Positions 50,751 to 64,000 of a stretch of 64,000 bases of DNA are shown here, piece after piece. The notes beneath the pieces were generated by a model. That model searched no databases, was not told where the DNA came from, and worked only from the letters and a program-made list of their open reading frames with translations. The DNA lies in assembly GCF_963921235.1 (NCBI RefSeq), contig NC_086097.1:163682001-163746000 (forward strand). The letters are read 5' to 3'. This DNA comes from Mobula hypostoma. Its lineage: Eukaryota. Within the stretch, counting starts at the first letter, position 1, and each line of letters starts with the position of its first letter. The position numbers and the translations under genes are program-made.

Positions 50751-52874
50751 TAAATCCCCAGATTCAAGGAAATCGGGGGTTAATTGCTAGCCTTTCCATT
50801 GGCATGCATATCAATGAATAATTTAAACACATAGATATTTCTCCCAACAGCCCCCACATTATTTAAGCATAGTTCCACTGTTCCAAAAAAGTATACGTTC
50901 CTTGAAGTTAATGTGCACACCATTTTCACAGCTGTTCTTTCAAATTTTAAGCACCACTTTAATTTGTGTTTCTCAATCATGTTTGGAACATAAAGCAAAC
51001 ATAGATACTTTTGAGTCAAGTTTAAAACTTGATAAAATGCAGACTGAGATAATGGGTTAGATTACTTGTTGAGAGTTCAATTTTGTAACATAGGAATTGG
51101 ATTATGGGATCCGTTTGTGCATATTTTTGTGCAAAGGAAGCACATAACATATGATCTTGTACATGTTTCTATGTATTTGATCTCGCTGGCTGATGAAATC
51201 TTGCCCGTTGGGAAAATGGACTGCATGCCTCCTGTTGTACTTCACCCTAATGCTGACATAATTAACCTGCCTTATCTTGTGCACTTAATCATATATTGTG
51301 TACTATTTATTTAGCAGAAATACTGAATGAAAGTTCACAATCAATGATCCATGTACTTCATACGCATTTTGCTAAAGGCTACATTACTGTAATCCTAACT
51401 TATGGCAGTGAAATTTGTTTGATTTAAAACAATTCTTCAACCCTCAGGATATTGTTTCTATGTTGAAAATAATGGATTCTAATACTTATTTACACATAAG
51501 TTCATGACTAGCAGCTCACTGCACTGCTCCAGTCTTTTATGAACTGGCAGCTGTGGCTTATGGATTCCTTGATATGTGAGCCCTCTGCTGGCACTGATCC
51601 TAGGGTCTGAGCTCACCCTCAGCAGTGGAGCGCATCCAATCTGCTCTTTGCTCAAAGGAATCTGCCCTGGGATATGCATGCGCCATTACCATCCCTGTAC
51701 TCAACTCCACTGTCTCCTTTCTTCTGCTATAGAGGTATTGCTTGAACAGCACTAACTCATTTGCCTCGGATCAGTGGGCGATTCCTGCTGCTTGTCTAGT
51801 AAACTGTAGTGAGAGTGAAACATACTGGCTGAGATTTAACATCTCTTATAGGAAATAAGCCATTATAACACTTTCTTAAAGAAAGGAAGCCCTAATTTCA
51901 CAATATTTTTAATAAAGGTAAATGCAGTAAACACCCAATTTATCAAGCAGCATCTGTAGATAGTATAACATGGTTAATATTTCAGATCAGTGACCTTTCA
52001 TCAAAATCGTAGCTTGTTTTCTTTTCCCACAGATGTTGCCTGATTCGTTGAGTTTTTCTAGCATTTGTGGCCTCTGATTTGACATTAAGGTTAACAGCAC
52101 ATGTTTACTATGACAAACATGAGAAATCCAACTTCAAGGCTTGTAGGTCACCGGAAAAAAAAGCTTCCTGTGTCTATGCTCAATGCAAGCGAAAGATAAA
52201 CACAGTATATGAAAATAAACAAAGCCAGGAGTTAGTCTTATGTTTTCTCAAGCTTACTTTGAATTGGCTTATTTAATCTATGATCTTAACCCCACTTTCC
52301 TGCCTATTCTTATGACCAATGACTCCCCTAAAAATCTCTCAGCCCTAAACAACTGAGCTTTCAGTATTCTTTGCAGTAGAGGATTCCAAGTACAGTATCC
52401 ATAGCTGTTGAGTGAAGTAATTTCTTCTCTTCATCTCAAATGAGTAACATCTAATGTGAAGTGGTATCTAAATACTGCACGTTTCCAACCTACAGAATTC
52501 CATATATTTAAGTAAATATGAAATATTGTGAACTCGTATTCTGAATATTTGTAATACACACTCAATGTGTGTATCAAACTGTCTTCTTGCGGTATTTGTG
52601 TATGTGGCATTTCATTGTTATTGGATTGATCTATGGACCATATGCTAAACTAAATGTTGTTGTTATTCAGGTGGCTATTAAATATCTCAGGAAAATACCT
52701 GAAAAAAATTTGAGAAGGAGGAGAGTGCACTTTCACTTTTTTGGTCTACATTGCCTTCTCAATTGATCAAGTAATCACTCATGGTTGCCTAATACTGGTG
52801 TCAATTTGCAAATGTGTAATTTATCCATCATTGGCCAATCATTTGTGTAATACTGTTTTGCCATACAAATTAAC

Positions 52875-53415
52875 AGTTTGGATGAGAAGGCAGCTTGCAT
52901 GATTAGTAAGTTTTCAGGTGACACCAACATTGGTGGTACTATGGGCTTTGAAGAAGGTGTCTAAGGTTATAACAATCTAGATCAATTAGGGGAGTGGGAA
53001 AGGGAATAGCAGATGGAATTTAACCAGTCAAATGTGAACTGATGCACTTTTGAAAGTTAAGCCAAGGCAGAGCATACACAGAGAAGAGCGGGGGCCTGGG
53101 AAATGTTAAAAAATGGGGATATCTAGTGGTACAAGTATAAAGTGACCTAACCATGTTCGTGCCATGCTCAAGAAAATTCACCAAAGCCTATACTTCCTCA
53201 AGAAGCTTAAGAAATTTGGCAAGTTCCTTAGAGGTTTAGCAATTTTTACCAATGCACCATTACGTCTGGATGCATAGCAGCTTGATTTGGCAACAAGGAA
53301 CTGCAGAGAGTTGTGGACGCAGCTGAGCACTTCACAGAAACCAAGCTCCCCTCTATGGACCCTGTTGGTATTTCTTGCTGCCTCTGTAATGCAGTCAGCA
53401 TAATCAAAGACCCTG
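52875..53415 (+). mobile_element. Old CR1 RT fragment followed by a Rex1 fragment
   Basis: agtaagttttcaggtgacacc (KFxxDT-like) and gatggaatttaa; then ctatacttcctcaagaagcttaagaaatttggc. Confidence 0.65.
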
Positions 53416-54299
53416 TTCGAAATGTGACTAATTCACCGGAGAAGTTGTGGATATGAAAATCTTTATTCATCACAACAAAAAAATTCTCTTGGAGACACTT
53501 TTAGTAGAGTCCCCTAAACTTAAAAGTACATCATGTTTTATAATAAAATCAAAGTTAACAGTAGGTGATTCAATGCAATCCCAATAGTTACAATGACATT
53601 GTTTACTTTAATACCTTGGATGTGAGACACCTCTGAATGTACAAATACTTCTGGGAGAAACTAGTTAACACAGATATTCTAAAAACTTATGAGGATAGAG
53701 GGCCAGATGCCCAACTATTGATAGATCCGCTACTTCATGTGCTAAGTGATAGTATCAGTCTGGTCTTCAAGCTTCCTTGAACTTGCTTATATTGGAGCAA
53801 ATTACTTAAACCCATAGATGCCTGGGTTGATGCGGTCAATTAACATAACTCCATTGTTTTAACTTGTGGCTGATGCAGATGTGAACCATTGGTCACCATT
53901 TTGCAAACTGTATCTCATAGTCTGTGGATCGGCCTGTACTCCACAAACAGCACTGTTTAATTGCAAAAGTGTGCTTCTAAATTCAATTTACTGCTTGCAA
54001 TTTACAATTTATATTAAGAACTGAAGACTGGTTTTTGCTTGAATTAATATCTGCTATATTTATGTGACTCCAGAATACTCTCTAACAGATCCCACCCATC
54101 CCAGACATTTTCTCTTCTCCCCCTTCCCATACAGTAGCCTGAAAGCATGTAATACTAGAGCAGCTTCTATGCCGCTGTTAGCAGGCTCTTGAATGGACAT
54201 CTTGTACTATAAGTTGGCCTATATATAAACAGTATGCAAGACAATCTTCCTACTGTATCTTGGTAAATGTGACAATAATAAACCAATATGTATTTCCCT

Positions 54300-54940
54300 G
54301 AAAGTGGTGACACGGTTAGGCAATATGACGAAGAAGACATATGGAATTCTTGCCTTGCAGCTGGACAATTACTGTGTAAAGTTCTGGTGCCGTACTATAT
54401 GAAGGATGTGATTCAGGTAGAGTGGATGCAGAAAAAATCCATAACAATGTTGATGGGACTGGAGGGCTTTAGTTACAGTACAAGGAGGCACTGGATGGGC
54501 TGGGACTGTTTTGCCTGGAGCGAAGGGAGCTGAGGATGACTGTACAGAGGTTTATAAAATCATGAGCAGCACAGATAAGGGTAATGCTCTCAGTCATTTT
54601 CCCAGGCAATGTGAGTCAACAATGGGAAGTTCAATGGGTACATTTAATGTCAGAGAAATGTATACAATATACATCCTGAAATTCTTGGATGGGAGGGCAT
54701 AGTTTTAAGGTAAGAGTGGAAAAATTTAAAGGGGAACCTAGGGGCATGCTTTTTTCACATTGAGGGCAATGGATACTTTCTATATGCCAAGGGAAGTGGT
54801 AGATCAGGTACAATTACAACTTAGTAACATTCAGGCAGCTGTATGGATGAGGAAGATTTAGAAAGAGAGAGAGAGATGGGTCAAATGCAGGCAAACGATG
54901 CTAGCTCAGGAAAATACTTCAGCCAGCATGGATGAATCAG
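54300..54940 (+). mobile_element. Old CR1 3' fragment
   Basis: KDVIQVEWMQKK...GLEGFSY remnant; lies tail-to-tail with the following CR1. Confidence 0.7.
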
Positions 54941-57900
54941 CATAATAGAAAAGTACAGCACCGAAACAGGCCCTTTGGCCCATCTTGTCCAGCCAAACTA
55001 CTGTATTTAAGCTGCCTAGAACCATCAACCTGCACCCGGATCATTCATAGCCATACATACCCCTAATATACATGTACCTATCCAAACTTCTCTTCAATGT
55101 TGAAATCAAGCGTTGATGCACCATTTGTGCTGGCAGCTCATTCCACACCCAGCGAGTAAAGAAGTCAATCCTTATGTTGCCCTTAGACTTTTCACCTTTC
55201 ACCCTTAACTCACACCCTCTAGTTGTAGTCCCACCCAACCTCAGTAGAAAGAGTCTGCTTGTGTTTACCCTATCTATACCTCTCATAATTTTGTATACCT
55301 TTATCAAATCTCCTTTCAATCTTCTACGTTCCAAAGAATAAATTCCTAACCTATTCAATCTTTCCTTATAATTCAAGTCCTCTGGTTCCGGCAATATCCT
55401 TGAAAATTTTCTCTGTACACTTTCTGCCTTGCTAACATCTTTCCTGTAGGTAGGTGATGAAAACTGCACACAATACTCCAAATCAGGCCTCGCCAATATC
55501 TTATACAACTTCAACATGACATCCCATCTCCTGTACTCTCCTGCTCTGTGAAGGCCAATGTGCCAGAAGCTTTCTTTATGACCCAATCTACTTGTGACAC
55601 CACTTTCAATGAATTATAGACCTGTATTCCCAGATCACCTTTGTTCTTGCACACTCCTCAGTGCCTTACTGTTCACTGTGTAAGACCTACATAGTTCGGT
55701 ACTTCTGAAGTGCAACATCTTGCACCAGTCAGTATTAAAATCCATCTACCATTTCTCAGCCCATTTTTCCAACTGGTTCAGATCCCGCTGCAAGCTCTGA
55801 TTGTCTTTCTCGCTGTCCACTATACCCCCAATCCTGATATCATCTGTAAATTTGCTGATCCAGTTCACCACATCATCATCCAGATCATTGATATCAATGA
55901 CCACAACAGAGCCAGCACCGACCCCTACGGCACACCACTAGTCATAGGCCTTCCAGTCAGAGAGGCAACCATCTACAACCACTCTCGGTCTTCCACAAAG
56001 CCAATCTCCACTCTAATTTATTACCTCATCTTGAATGCCAAGCAATTGAACCTTCCTGACCAACCTTGCATGCAGAACCTTATCATATGCCTTGCTGAAG
56101 TCCATGTAGACAATATCTACTGCCTTGCCTTCATCAACTTTCCTAGTAACTTCCTCGAAAAGCTATATAAGATTAGTTAGACATAACCTATCAAGCACAA
56201 AGCCATGTTGACTATCCCTAATCAGTCGCATGTCTATCCAAATGCTCATATATCCAGTCATTTAGAAAACTTTCCAATAACTTCCCTAGTAGTGATTTCA
56301 GGCTCACTGGCCTGTAATTTCCTGCTTTATTTTTAGAGCTTTTTAAATAGCGGAACAACATTAGCGATCCTCTAATCCTTTGGTACCTTGCCTGTCACAA
56401 AAGGTGTTAAATATCTCTAGTAAGGCCCCTGCAGTTTCTGCATACCTTCCACAGGGTCCAAGGGAACACTTTGTCAGGCCACAAGACAGCAAACATTTCT
56501 ACGTCTGTAGTCTGTATAGGGTCCAAGATGTCACTGCTGCTTTGCCTCACTTCTATAGACTCTGTGTCAGTCTCCTGAGTAAATAAAGATGCGAATATCC
56601 ATTTAAGATCTCCCCCAACTCTTGGCTCCACACATAGATTACCATTCTGATCTTCCAGAGGACATATTTTATCTCGTACAGTCCTTTTGCTCTTAACATA
56701 TCTGTAGAATCCGTGAGGATTCTCCTTCACCTCATTTGCTGAGGCAATCTCATGTCTTATTTTTGCTCTCCTGATTTCTTTCTTAAGTGTTCTCTTGTAT
56801 TTCCTGTACTCCTTAAGTATCTTATTTGTCCCTACCTGCCTATACCTCCAATGTATCTTCTTTTTTTCTGATCCAGGGTCTCAATATCTCTTGAAAAACA
56901 AGGTTCCCTGAACCTGTTATCTTTACCTTTTATTCTGACAAACACATACAAGCTTTGCACTCTCAAAGTTTTATTTTTGAAGGCCTTCCATTTACCAAGT
57001 ACACCTTTGTTAGAAAACAGCCTCTCCCAGTCCACGCTTGCCAGATCCTTTCTGATACTATCAAAGTTGTTTTTTTTTTCCAATGTAGAGTCTCAACCCA
57101 TGGACCAGACCTATCCTTTCTGATATTTACTTTGAAACTCATGGCGTTATGATCACTAGATGCAAAGTGTTCCCCTACACCAACTTTTGTTACCTGCCCT
57201 GTCTCATTCCCTAATAACAGCTCAAGTATCACACTCTCTCTCTCTTTGGGACTTCTGTGTACTGATTAAAGAAGCTTTCCTGAACACATATAACAAACTC
57301 TATCCCGTTTCATCCTTTTACAGTATGGGAGTCCTAGTCAATATGTGGAAAGATAAAATCACCTACTATAACAACTGTATGTTTGTTGCAACAGTCTGTG
57401 ATCTCTCTACAAATTTGTTTCTATAAATCTGTTGGGTGGTCTTTACTATAGCCCAGTTGACGTGGTCACACCTTTCTTGTTCCTCAGTTCCACCCATAAA
57501 GCCTCACTTGATGAGTTCTGCAGTTTGTCCTGACTGTGCACTGCCAACATATTTTCCCTGACTCATAACATCACCTCCCCCCCTTTAATCCCTCCTGCTC
57601 TTCTTCCCTCCTAAAACAACTGAACCCTGGAAGACTGAGCTGCCAGTCCTGCCCTTCTTGCAAACAAGTCTCACTAATGGCTACACAATCGTAATTCCAG
57701 GTGTTGATCCATGCCTTTAGCTGATCTGCCTTTCCTACAATACTTCTTGCATTGAAATATATGCAGCTCAGAACATTTGTCACACCATGTTCAACCTTTT
57801 GGTTCCTGCCTTTGTCTAAGTCTTAACAATACCTGTCTCTACAACCTCCCCACTATCTGTTCTGGCACTTTGATTACCATAGCCCTGCAACTCTAGTTTA

Positions 57901-59425
57901 ACTCCTTCCAACCCCCCACCCAAACCATTAACAAACCTTCCCACAAGGATGTTAGTTCCCCCCTCCCCCCAATTCAGGTGCAGACAGTCCCTCCTGTACA
58001 GGTCCCACCTTCCCTGGAAGTAGAGCTCAATGATCCAAAATTCTGAATCCCTACCTCCTACACCAACTGCTTAGCCATGTATCAAACTGTATGATCTTCC
58101 TAGTTCTGACCTCACTAGCAAGTGGCACAGGTAGCAGTCCTGAGATCACAACCCTGGAGGTCCTTTCCTTTAACTTCGCACCTAACTCCCTGACTCACTT
58201 TGCAGAACCTTATCACTCTTCTTAACTATGTCATTGGTACCTATATGGACCACGACTTCTGGCTGCTCACGCTCCCCCTTAAGAATGCTGAGGACTCAAT
58301 CCGCGATGTCCTGGATGCTGGCACCCGGGAGGCAACATACCATCCTGGAATATTGCACTCGTCAACAGAACCTCCTTTCTGTTCCCCTAACTAATGGATC
58401 CCCTATCACAACACTTCACCTCTTCTCTCCCTTCCATTCTGAGTCACAGGTCACTGAGTGCCAGAGACCTGACCATTGTGGCTTCCCTCTGTTAGGTCTT
58501 ACCACCCGAACAGTAATCTGTTGTTGATCGGCCACAGGTGTACTCTCTACTATCTGTTTAACCCCTTTCCTCTTCCTGACTGTCACCCAGTCTCCTGTGT
58601 CCTGCAGCTTGGGTGAAACTATCTCTCTATGTGTTCTATCTATCAGCCACTCGGCCTACTGAATGATCTGGAGGTCATCCAATGCCAACTCTGACACCTT
58701 AATGTGGAGTATAAATTGAAGCTACAGCTCGATGCACTTCAACGTTCAAAGTACAAAGTTCAAAATAAAACTTATTATCAGAGTACAGACGTGTTATCGC
58801 ATACAACCCTGAGATTCTTTTTCTGCAGGCGTACTTAGCAGATCTATAGAACAGTAACTAAACAGGACAACAGATAGTGCAAATGCGGTTATCCCTGTAG
58901 ATAAACAGCAATCAATAATGAGCATGAAATAACAAGGTAAAGAGTCCTTAAAGTGAGACTATCATCTGTTGGGAACAGCAGAAGTAGAATGAGTGTAGTT
59001 ATCCCCTTTTGTTCAAGAGCCTGATGGTTGAGGTGCAATAACTGTTCTTGAACCTGTTGGTGTGAGTCCTGAAGCACTTGTACCTTTTACCTGATGGCCT
59101 AGGTGGTGAGGATCTTTGATGATAGATACTACTTTTCTACAACAATGTTTCATGTAGGTGTGCTCAATGGCTGGGAGGGTTTTACCTGTGATGTACTGGG
59201 CTGAATCCACTACCTTTAGTAGAATTTTCTGCTCAAAGGCATTGGTGTTCCCATACCAGGTCATAATGCAGTCAATCAATACACTTTCCACCACATATCG
59301 ATAGAAGTTTGCCAAGGTTTTTGATGACATGCTGAATCTTCACAGACTCCTGAGGAACTAGAGGCACTGTTGTGCATCCTTTGCAATTATATTTATATAT
59401 TGAGTCCAGGACAGGTCCTCTAAGA

Positions 59426-60620
59426 CAGGGGTCCCCAACCTTTTTCGTACTGCGGACCGGTTTCATATTGACAATATTCTTGCGGACCGGTGGACTGGGA
59501 GTAGGGTTGCCAACGTACAAGAGTAGCAGTCAAATACGTTGGGTTTACCCCGAGAAAGACTACAATGACCATGAAGCCTTGCGCGGGCACCAGTGCGCAT
59601 GCGTTTACGTGCCGATTTCTTAAAAATTGTTATGGCCGATTCTGTTGGCGACGGCGGGGGAGGTGTGTTAATCACGACTGGAATATAGGTGATAAGTGGC
59701 TAATACACTCAATTTCGTTTCTAAAAGGGTTTATCTAACGAATTTAATATTAAATACACAGCGCATATTTTCCTCGCATGAATATAGCGATAAGACAATT
59801 ATCAGGGGAGGACAGGGGAGCTTGAAGTGTTGAATGAACTTCCAGTAGAAGTGGTAGGAGGCAGGTTCGATATTATCATTTAAAGAAAAATTGGATAGGT
59901 ATATGGACAGGAAAGGAATGGAGGGTTATGGGCTGAGTGCAGGTCCGTGGGACTAGGTGAGAGTAGCGTTCAGCACGGACTAGGAGGGCCGAGATCGCCT
60001 GTTTCCATGCCGTAATTGTTACATGGTTATATAAGTCACTTATAATAGCATCATAACATTTTAAGTAACGTTTGGATATCAAACACACAGCGCATATTTT
60101 CCTCGTATAAACATATAAAATCATTGCAACGCACCAGTATCGCTGAATCAGTGGGAGCCCTGGGCTTGTTTTCCTGCAACAAGATGGTCCTATCGAGGGG
60201 TGAAGGGAGACAGCGATACTCGAATGGGTTCCTTATGTCCAGTCTATTCCGCAATTTAGTTTTCGTTGCATTCATTGCAGAGATATGTTGGAAATGGAAG
60301 CAACGTTTTCAGTGCTTTCCTGACTATCTCAGGATATTTAGCCTTGACTTTGATCCAGAATGCCGGCAGAGATGTTATGTCAAACATACTTTTCAGCCTG
60401 CCGTCATTTGCAAGCTCGAGGAGTTGATCTCCTTCCCACGCTGACATGGATGACACACGGGTAATGACCTCGCGTGCGTTCAAGCTCAACAGTGGGCGTG
60501 ACAAGGAATGAGGAAAGGTGCAGCTGCTCCTATCGCCAAATCATATCGCTTCCTCGCGGCCCGGTAGCACATGCCTTGCGGCCCGGTACCAGTCCGCGGC
60601 CCGGTGGTTGGGGATCGCTG
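59426..60620 (-). mobile_element. hAT/Charlie-family non-autonomous DNA transposon
   Basis: 8-bp TSD CTCTAAGA at 59418-59425 and 60621-60628; TIRs CAGGGGTCCCCAACC / CAGCGATCCCCAACC; dimerisation-domain remnant FWIKVKAKYPE...LLPFPTYLC and TKTKLRNRL. Confidence 0.93.
59825..60032 (+). mobile_element. CR1 3' tail inside the hAT element
   Basis: ttggataggtatatggacagg...gagggccgagatcgcctgtttcc...(gttacatg/gttata) tail. Confidence 0.8.
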
Positions 60621-62339
60621 CTCTAAGATAGTGGCACCCAGGAATTTAAAGTTACTGGCCCTCTCCATCTCTGATCCTCTGATGATTACTGGCTCATGAA
60701 TTTCTGGTTTCCCTCTCCTGAAGTCTATAATCAGTTCCTTGGTCTTACTGACATTGAGTAAAAGGTTGTTGTTATTACACCACAGCCAAGTTTTCAGCCT
60801 CCCTTCTGTGTGCTGATTCATTACCCCCCTTGATACAGCCCACAACAGTAGTGTCATCAGCATATTAGTACATGGTGATGGAGCTGTACTTAGCTACATA
60901 GTCATACGTGTAAAGCGAGTAGAGCAGGGGCCTAAGTACACATCTCTGTGGTGCTCCTGTGCTGATAGAGATTACACTGGATATCTCCCTGCCTTCTTAC
61001 ATTCTGCAAGAGGAGCATTCAACTATCCTGCTGATATCCCTACTGCTCTAACTGTGCAAATGTAAAGAAGGAAACCAGAAGCAAACTTGGGAAAAACGAA
61101 TCCTCCTCCAGCTTTTTTGCCTTCTTTCATTCAAGCCTCTTTGTTGCTGAAGCCTTGAAGAGCTAAAGCTTCAAATAACCACTCTAATACTCTCCACTCC
61201 TACAATGGCTGTTTCGCTTGCCCCTGCCTTACTTTTATTTGTTCATGCCAATCAATCCAAATTGCTGATTGGCTGTCGCTCAAACACCAACCTGCTGCGA
61301 ATCAATGACTTATGCACTCAATCGGCAATCCTGAAGGAGCTACATCTTCTCATGTTTCTAACTGCTGATTGCCTCTACTCAAACTCCAAACTGTTGTGAA
61401 TCGTTTTCTTATGTACTTAATCAGCAAACCTCAATAGCTACATCCGATCACAGATTGGCTGTTGCCTCAGAGGAAAGCTCTATTTCCCTGCTGATATCTT
61501 GATGACTAAGTGTTGTAGTTGTGAAGTATTTTAATTTCTGTGTCATTTGAAAATCCTGCAAATTATTTTTCAGAATCCAGATATTTAAGTAGATTAGAAA
61601 GGATACTGTAGGTGGGAGAAAATGTAATTTTCTCTTCTACGTTTACATGCTTAATCTGACACCACGCCCTCTTCAACATCTTCACCCTTCTACCTTGTTT
61701 TCACTTCCAAGGACATCCTGAAAGCGTCCTCACTGGTCACCTCTTCTCCTACTATCTCCTCATCTGGTTCAGTATCAAACTTTGTCAGCTAATCTCTGAG
61801 AATTGTCTTGACAATTTTAATGTGTTGAGTGGTTTATAAATTGAAGTTGTCGTTCTTGTGTCATGATACTCTGTTGGCAAACTGCCATTGAGTTGGTAAT
61901 GTTAGATACAGTTAGATTCAGCAGTGATAATGTGTGGCCTGCTGTAATATATATTGGCACTTATATAAAGCTCAGAATAAGCCAGGCAGGTCTTTATTAA
62001 TTGGCTTTGAGGAAATCCTTTGGGTAATGCATAATTTTCTTCATATTTAAAAAAAATACACTGTCTTGCACTGGAAGACCTTCTGAGATCGCCTACGTTA
62101 ATTCTGACACTGCGATTGTTTGATGTAGCCTTGGACACGTGCTTTTGGAGAATACACTGTGGAATTACACACACAGTAATCAATATACATTCATTCTTCC
62201 CCCCCACTTCCCCTTCTACCTATTCATCTTTTTGTAATTCTCCTTTCTCTCAAATCTTCTAACATTTTTAGCCCTCATATGCAACCATTTTTCTGACCAT
62301 CAATGTTATAATTTCAAATTTAGTTTTTAAGAGAATCAA

Positions 62340-62830
62340 ACAGCATAGAAGTAGGCCATTTATGTCAACTCATCCATTGGCACCTTTCCTTATAAATCCC
62401 ATCTCCCAGCACTTGGTTAATAGACTTAAACCATTCAAGTGTGCATTTATACACCTCTTAAATGCAATCAGTGATTCAGTTCCATTCATTTTCAATCACT
62501 TTCTCAGGTGGTGTATTCCAGGCATTTATCATTCTTTATCTGAAGAAGGGTCCTCCTCGGATCACCTCTGAATCTTTTCCCCCGACCCTAAACCTACAGT
62601 ATATCCTTTAGTTTTATCTACCCCTGGTATACGGGATAGTGTCCTGCTATCTACCCGGTCTGTATTCCTCAGAATTTTATTTCTTTCAGCTATATCCTTA
62701 CTTGTAACCTTTTCTGCTCCTGCTTCTCCAGCCTCTCTTCATAACTGAACCATTTCATTCCAGTCAACATGTTGGTGGATCTTCTCTGCACCCTCTGTCA
62801 CATCCTCCATATACCATTGTTGTGACTGTT
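62340..62830 (-). mobile_element. Old CR1 3' fragment
   Basis: cagcatagaagtaggccatt tail region and RT C-terminal remnant. Confidence 0.65.
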
Positions 62831-63669
62831 TCTTGAACGAGGGTTTCCTGAGGCAGGTAAATTGCACAATGTATTTATTCATCCTAAGCAGATTTTCTGA
62901 TGTATCTCTTTCTCCTCCATTGTCATGCAAGAATGCAGTGATGACTTATACTTTTTACATACAAAGGTAACAATATACAATTAAATACTGTTTCCATGGA
63001 ATAATTACTTATTTTAACATTTTGAGTGTTGACAAGTAACCTTGCAGAATAACATGGCTACAATCAAAGCACATCCCAAATAGCAGAATTCCTTTGAACA
63101 TTCAAATACCATTGGCTGGTCCAATGTCTGCTGAGCACCAAGCACCCAATCCTCAGAATATACTCATTTGTCACAGTGTTGAGGGTTGGTCTGTTGGATG
63201 TATAAAACATAGGCAAAACAGACAATAAATTGTGTATTAAATAGCAGGAATATGTGTTTAATCATATATGTATTAATGCAGGAGATGTTCACATAATGCC
63301 CTCCCCGATCTCATGACAGATGATTCAATATGCGCTGGTTAATATAAATGTTTACTTATTGCCTTCCCATGTGTAATTGCAAAGGTGCAGAATTGGGATT
63401 CCTGCAAACAATGGCTGATTTTGATGGTCTTAAAGTATCATAAGATGTCACATTGTTTGACAAAATATCATTGTACAAGTGCCAATAGAAGCAAATTTCT
63501 TAAATGTCCTCCTGTCATTAGCCAGCAGCCTGTGATCTGTAACAGACAATGGTGTCTGTTTTGAATAGTATGGAGAGGTTACAAAACCTTTTTGAAGATT
63601 GGTTTGCATTTGAATTAACTAGCTGCCATCTTCATTCCATAACTTATGAAAATTGCCCCATAACTAACA

Positions 63670-64000
63670 GTCATAGAGTTACAGAGTCCTACTGTGCAAA
63701 AACAGACCATTCGGTCATCTAATCACTGCCTAGTTGCATTGATTCACAACTGGACTACAGCCTACCATACCCCTCCCATCCATGTATTATTCAAACTTCT
63801 CTTGACTTTTGCAATTGAATCCACACTCGCACCACCCTTTGAATGAAGAAGTTCACCCTCAGCTTTCCCTTAATTATTTCATCTTTCACCCCTAACCTAT
63901 GACCTCTAGTTCCAGTCTCACACAACCTCAATGGAAAAAAGCCTAATTATTTACCCTATCTATACTCCTTATAATTTTGTATGTTTCTTTCAAATCTCCT
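63670..64000 (-). mobile_element. CR1 3' fragment running off the window
   Basis: Similar to 54945-55320 (ccctatctatac...ataattttgtat...caaatctcct). Confidence 0.8.

Larger units (their letters stand above)
58741..60972 (-). mobile_element. Rex1/Babar fragment in CR1 ORF1, itself split by a hAT element
   Basis: LANFYRYVVESVL (59013-59330) and LNVSKTKELIIDFR...FKFLGATIL (60621-60863); tail at 58745. Confidence 0.88.
54941..61500 (-). mobile_element. Near-full-length decayed CR1 (3' end, ORF2, ORF1, 5'UTR) split by nested elements
   Basis: RPDLEYCVQF, KENPHGFYRYVKSKR and CIYFNARSIVGK motifs; ORF1 remnants at about 57950-58740 resume at about 60975; homologous to 14900-16300. Confidence 0.88.

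Overview
Eukaryotic, repeat-dense vertebrate DNA; the repeat families suggest a cartilaginous fish (shark/ray), which is inference. The only host coding sequence I can support is a 79-bp internal exon on + (7006-7084) encoding the end of the MAM domain of a type IIB receptor tyrosine phosphatase, best matching PTPRM; the rest appears intronic. The window is mostly decayed and nested mobile DNA: CR1 and Rex1/Babar LINEs (one with a 516-aa open RT ORF), an RTE fragment, Penelope-like elements (PLEs), two solo LTRs, a Tc1 IR/DR transposon, a hAT/Charlie element, and V- and Deu-type SINEs. The most interesting signal is a set of minimal hammerhead ribozyme (HHR) motifs in PLE terminal repeats. One 340-bp non-coding, TSD-flanked mini-element (29946-30285) holds two tandem HHRs 103 nt apart plus an inverted arm. 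HHRs in PLEs are already known; this compact arrangement and its activity are untested inference. Boundaries of old repeats are approximate, whereas TSD-defined boundaries were read directly.
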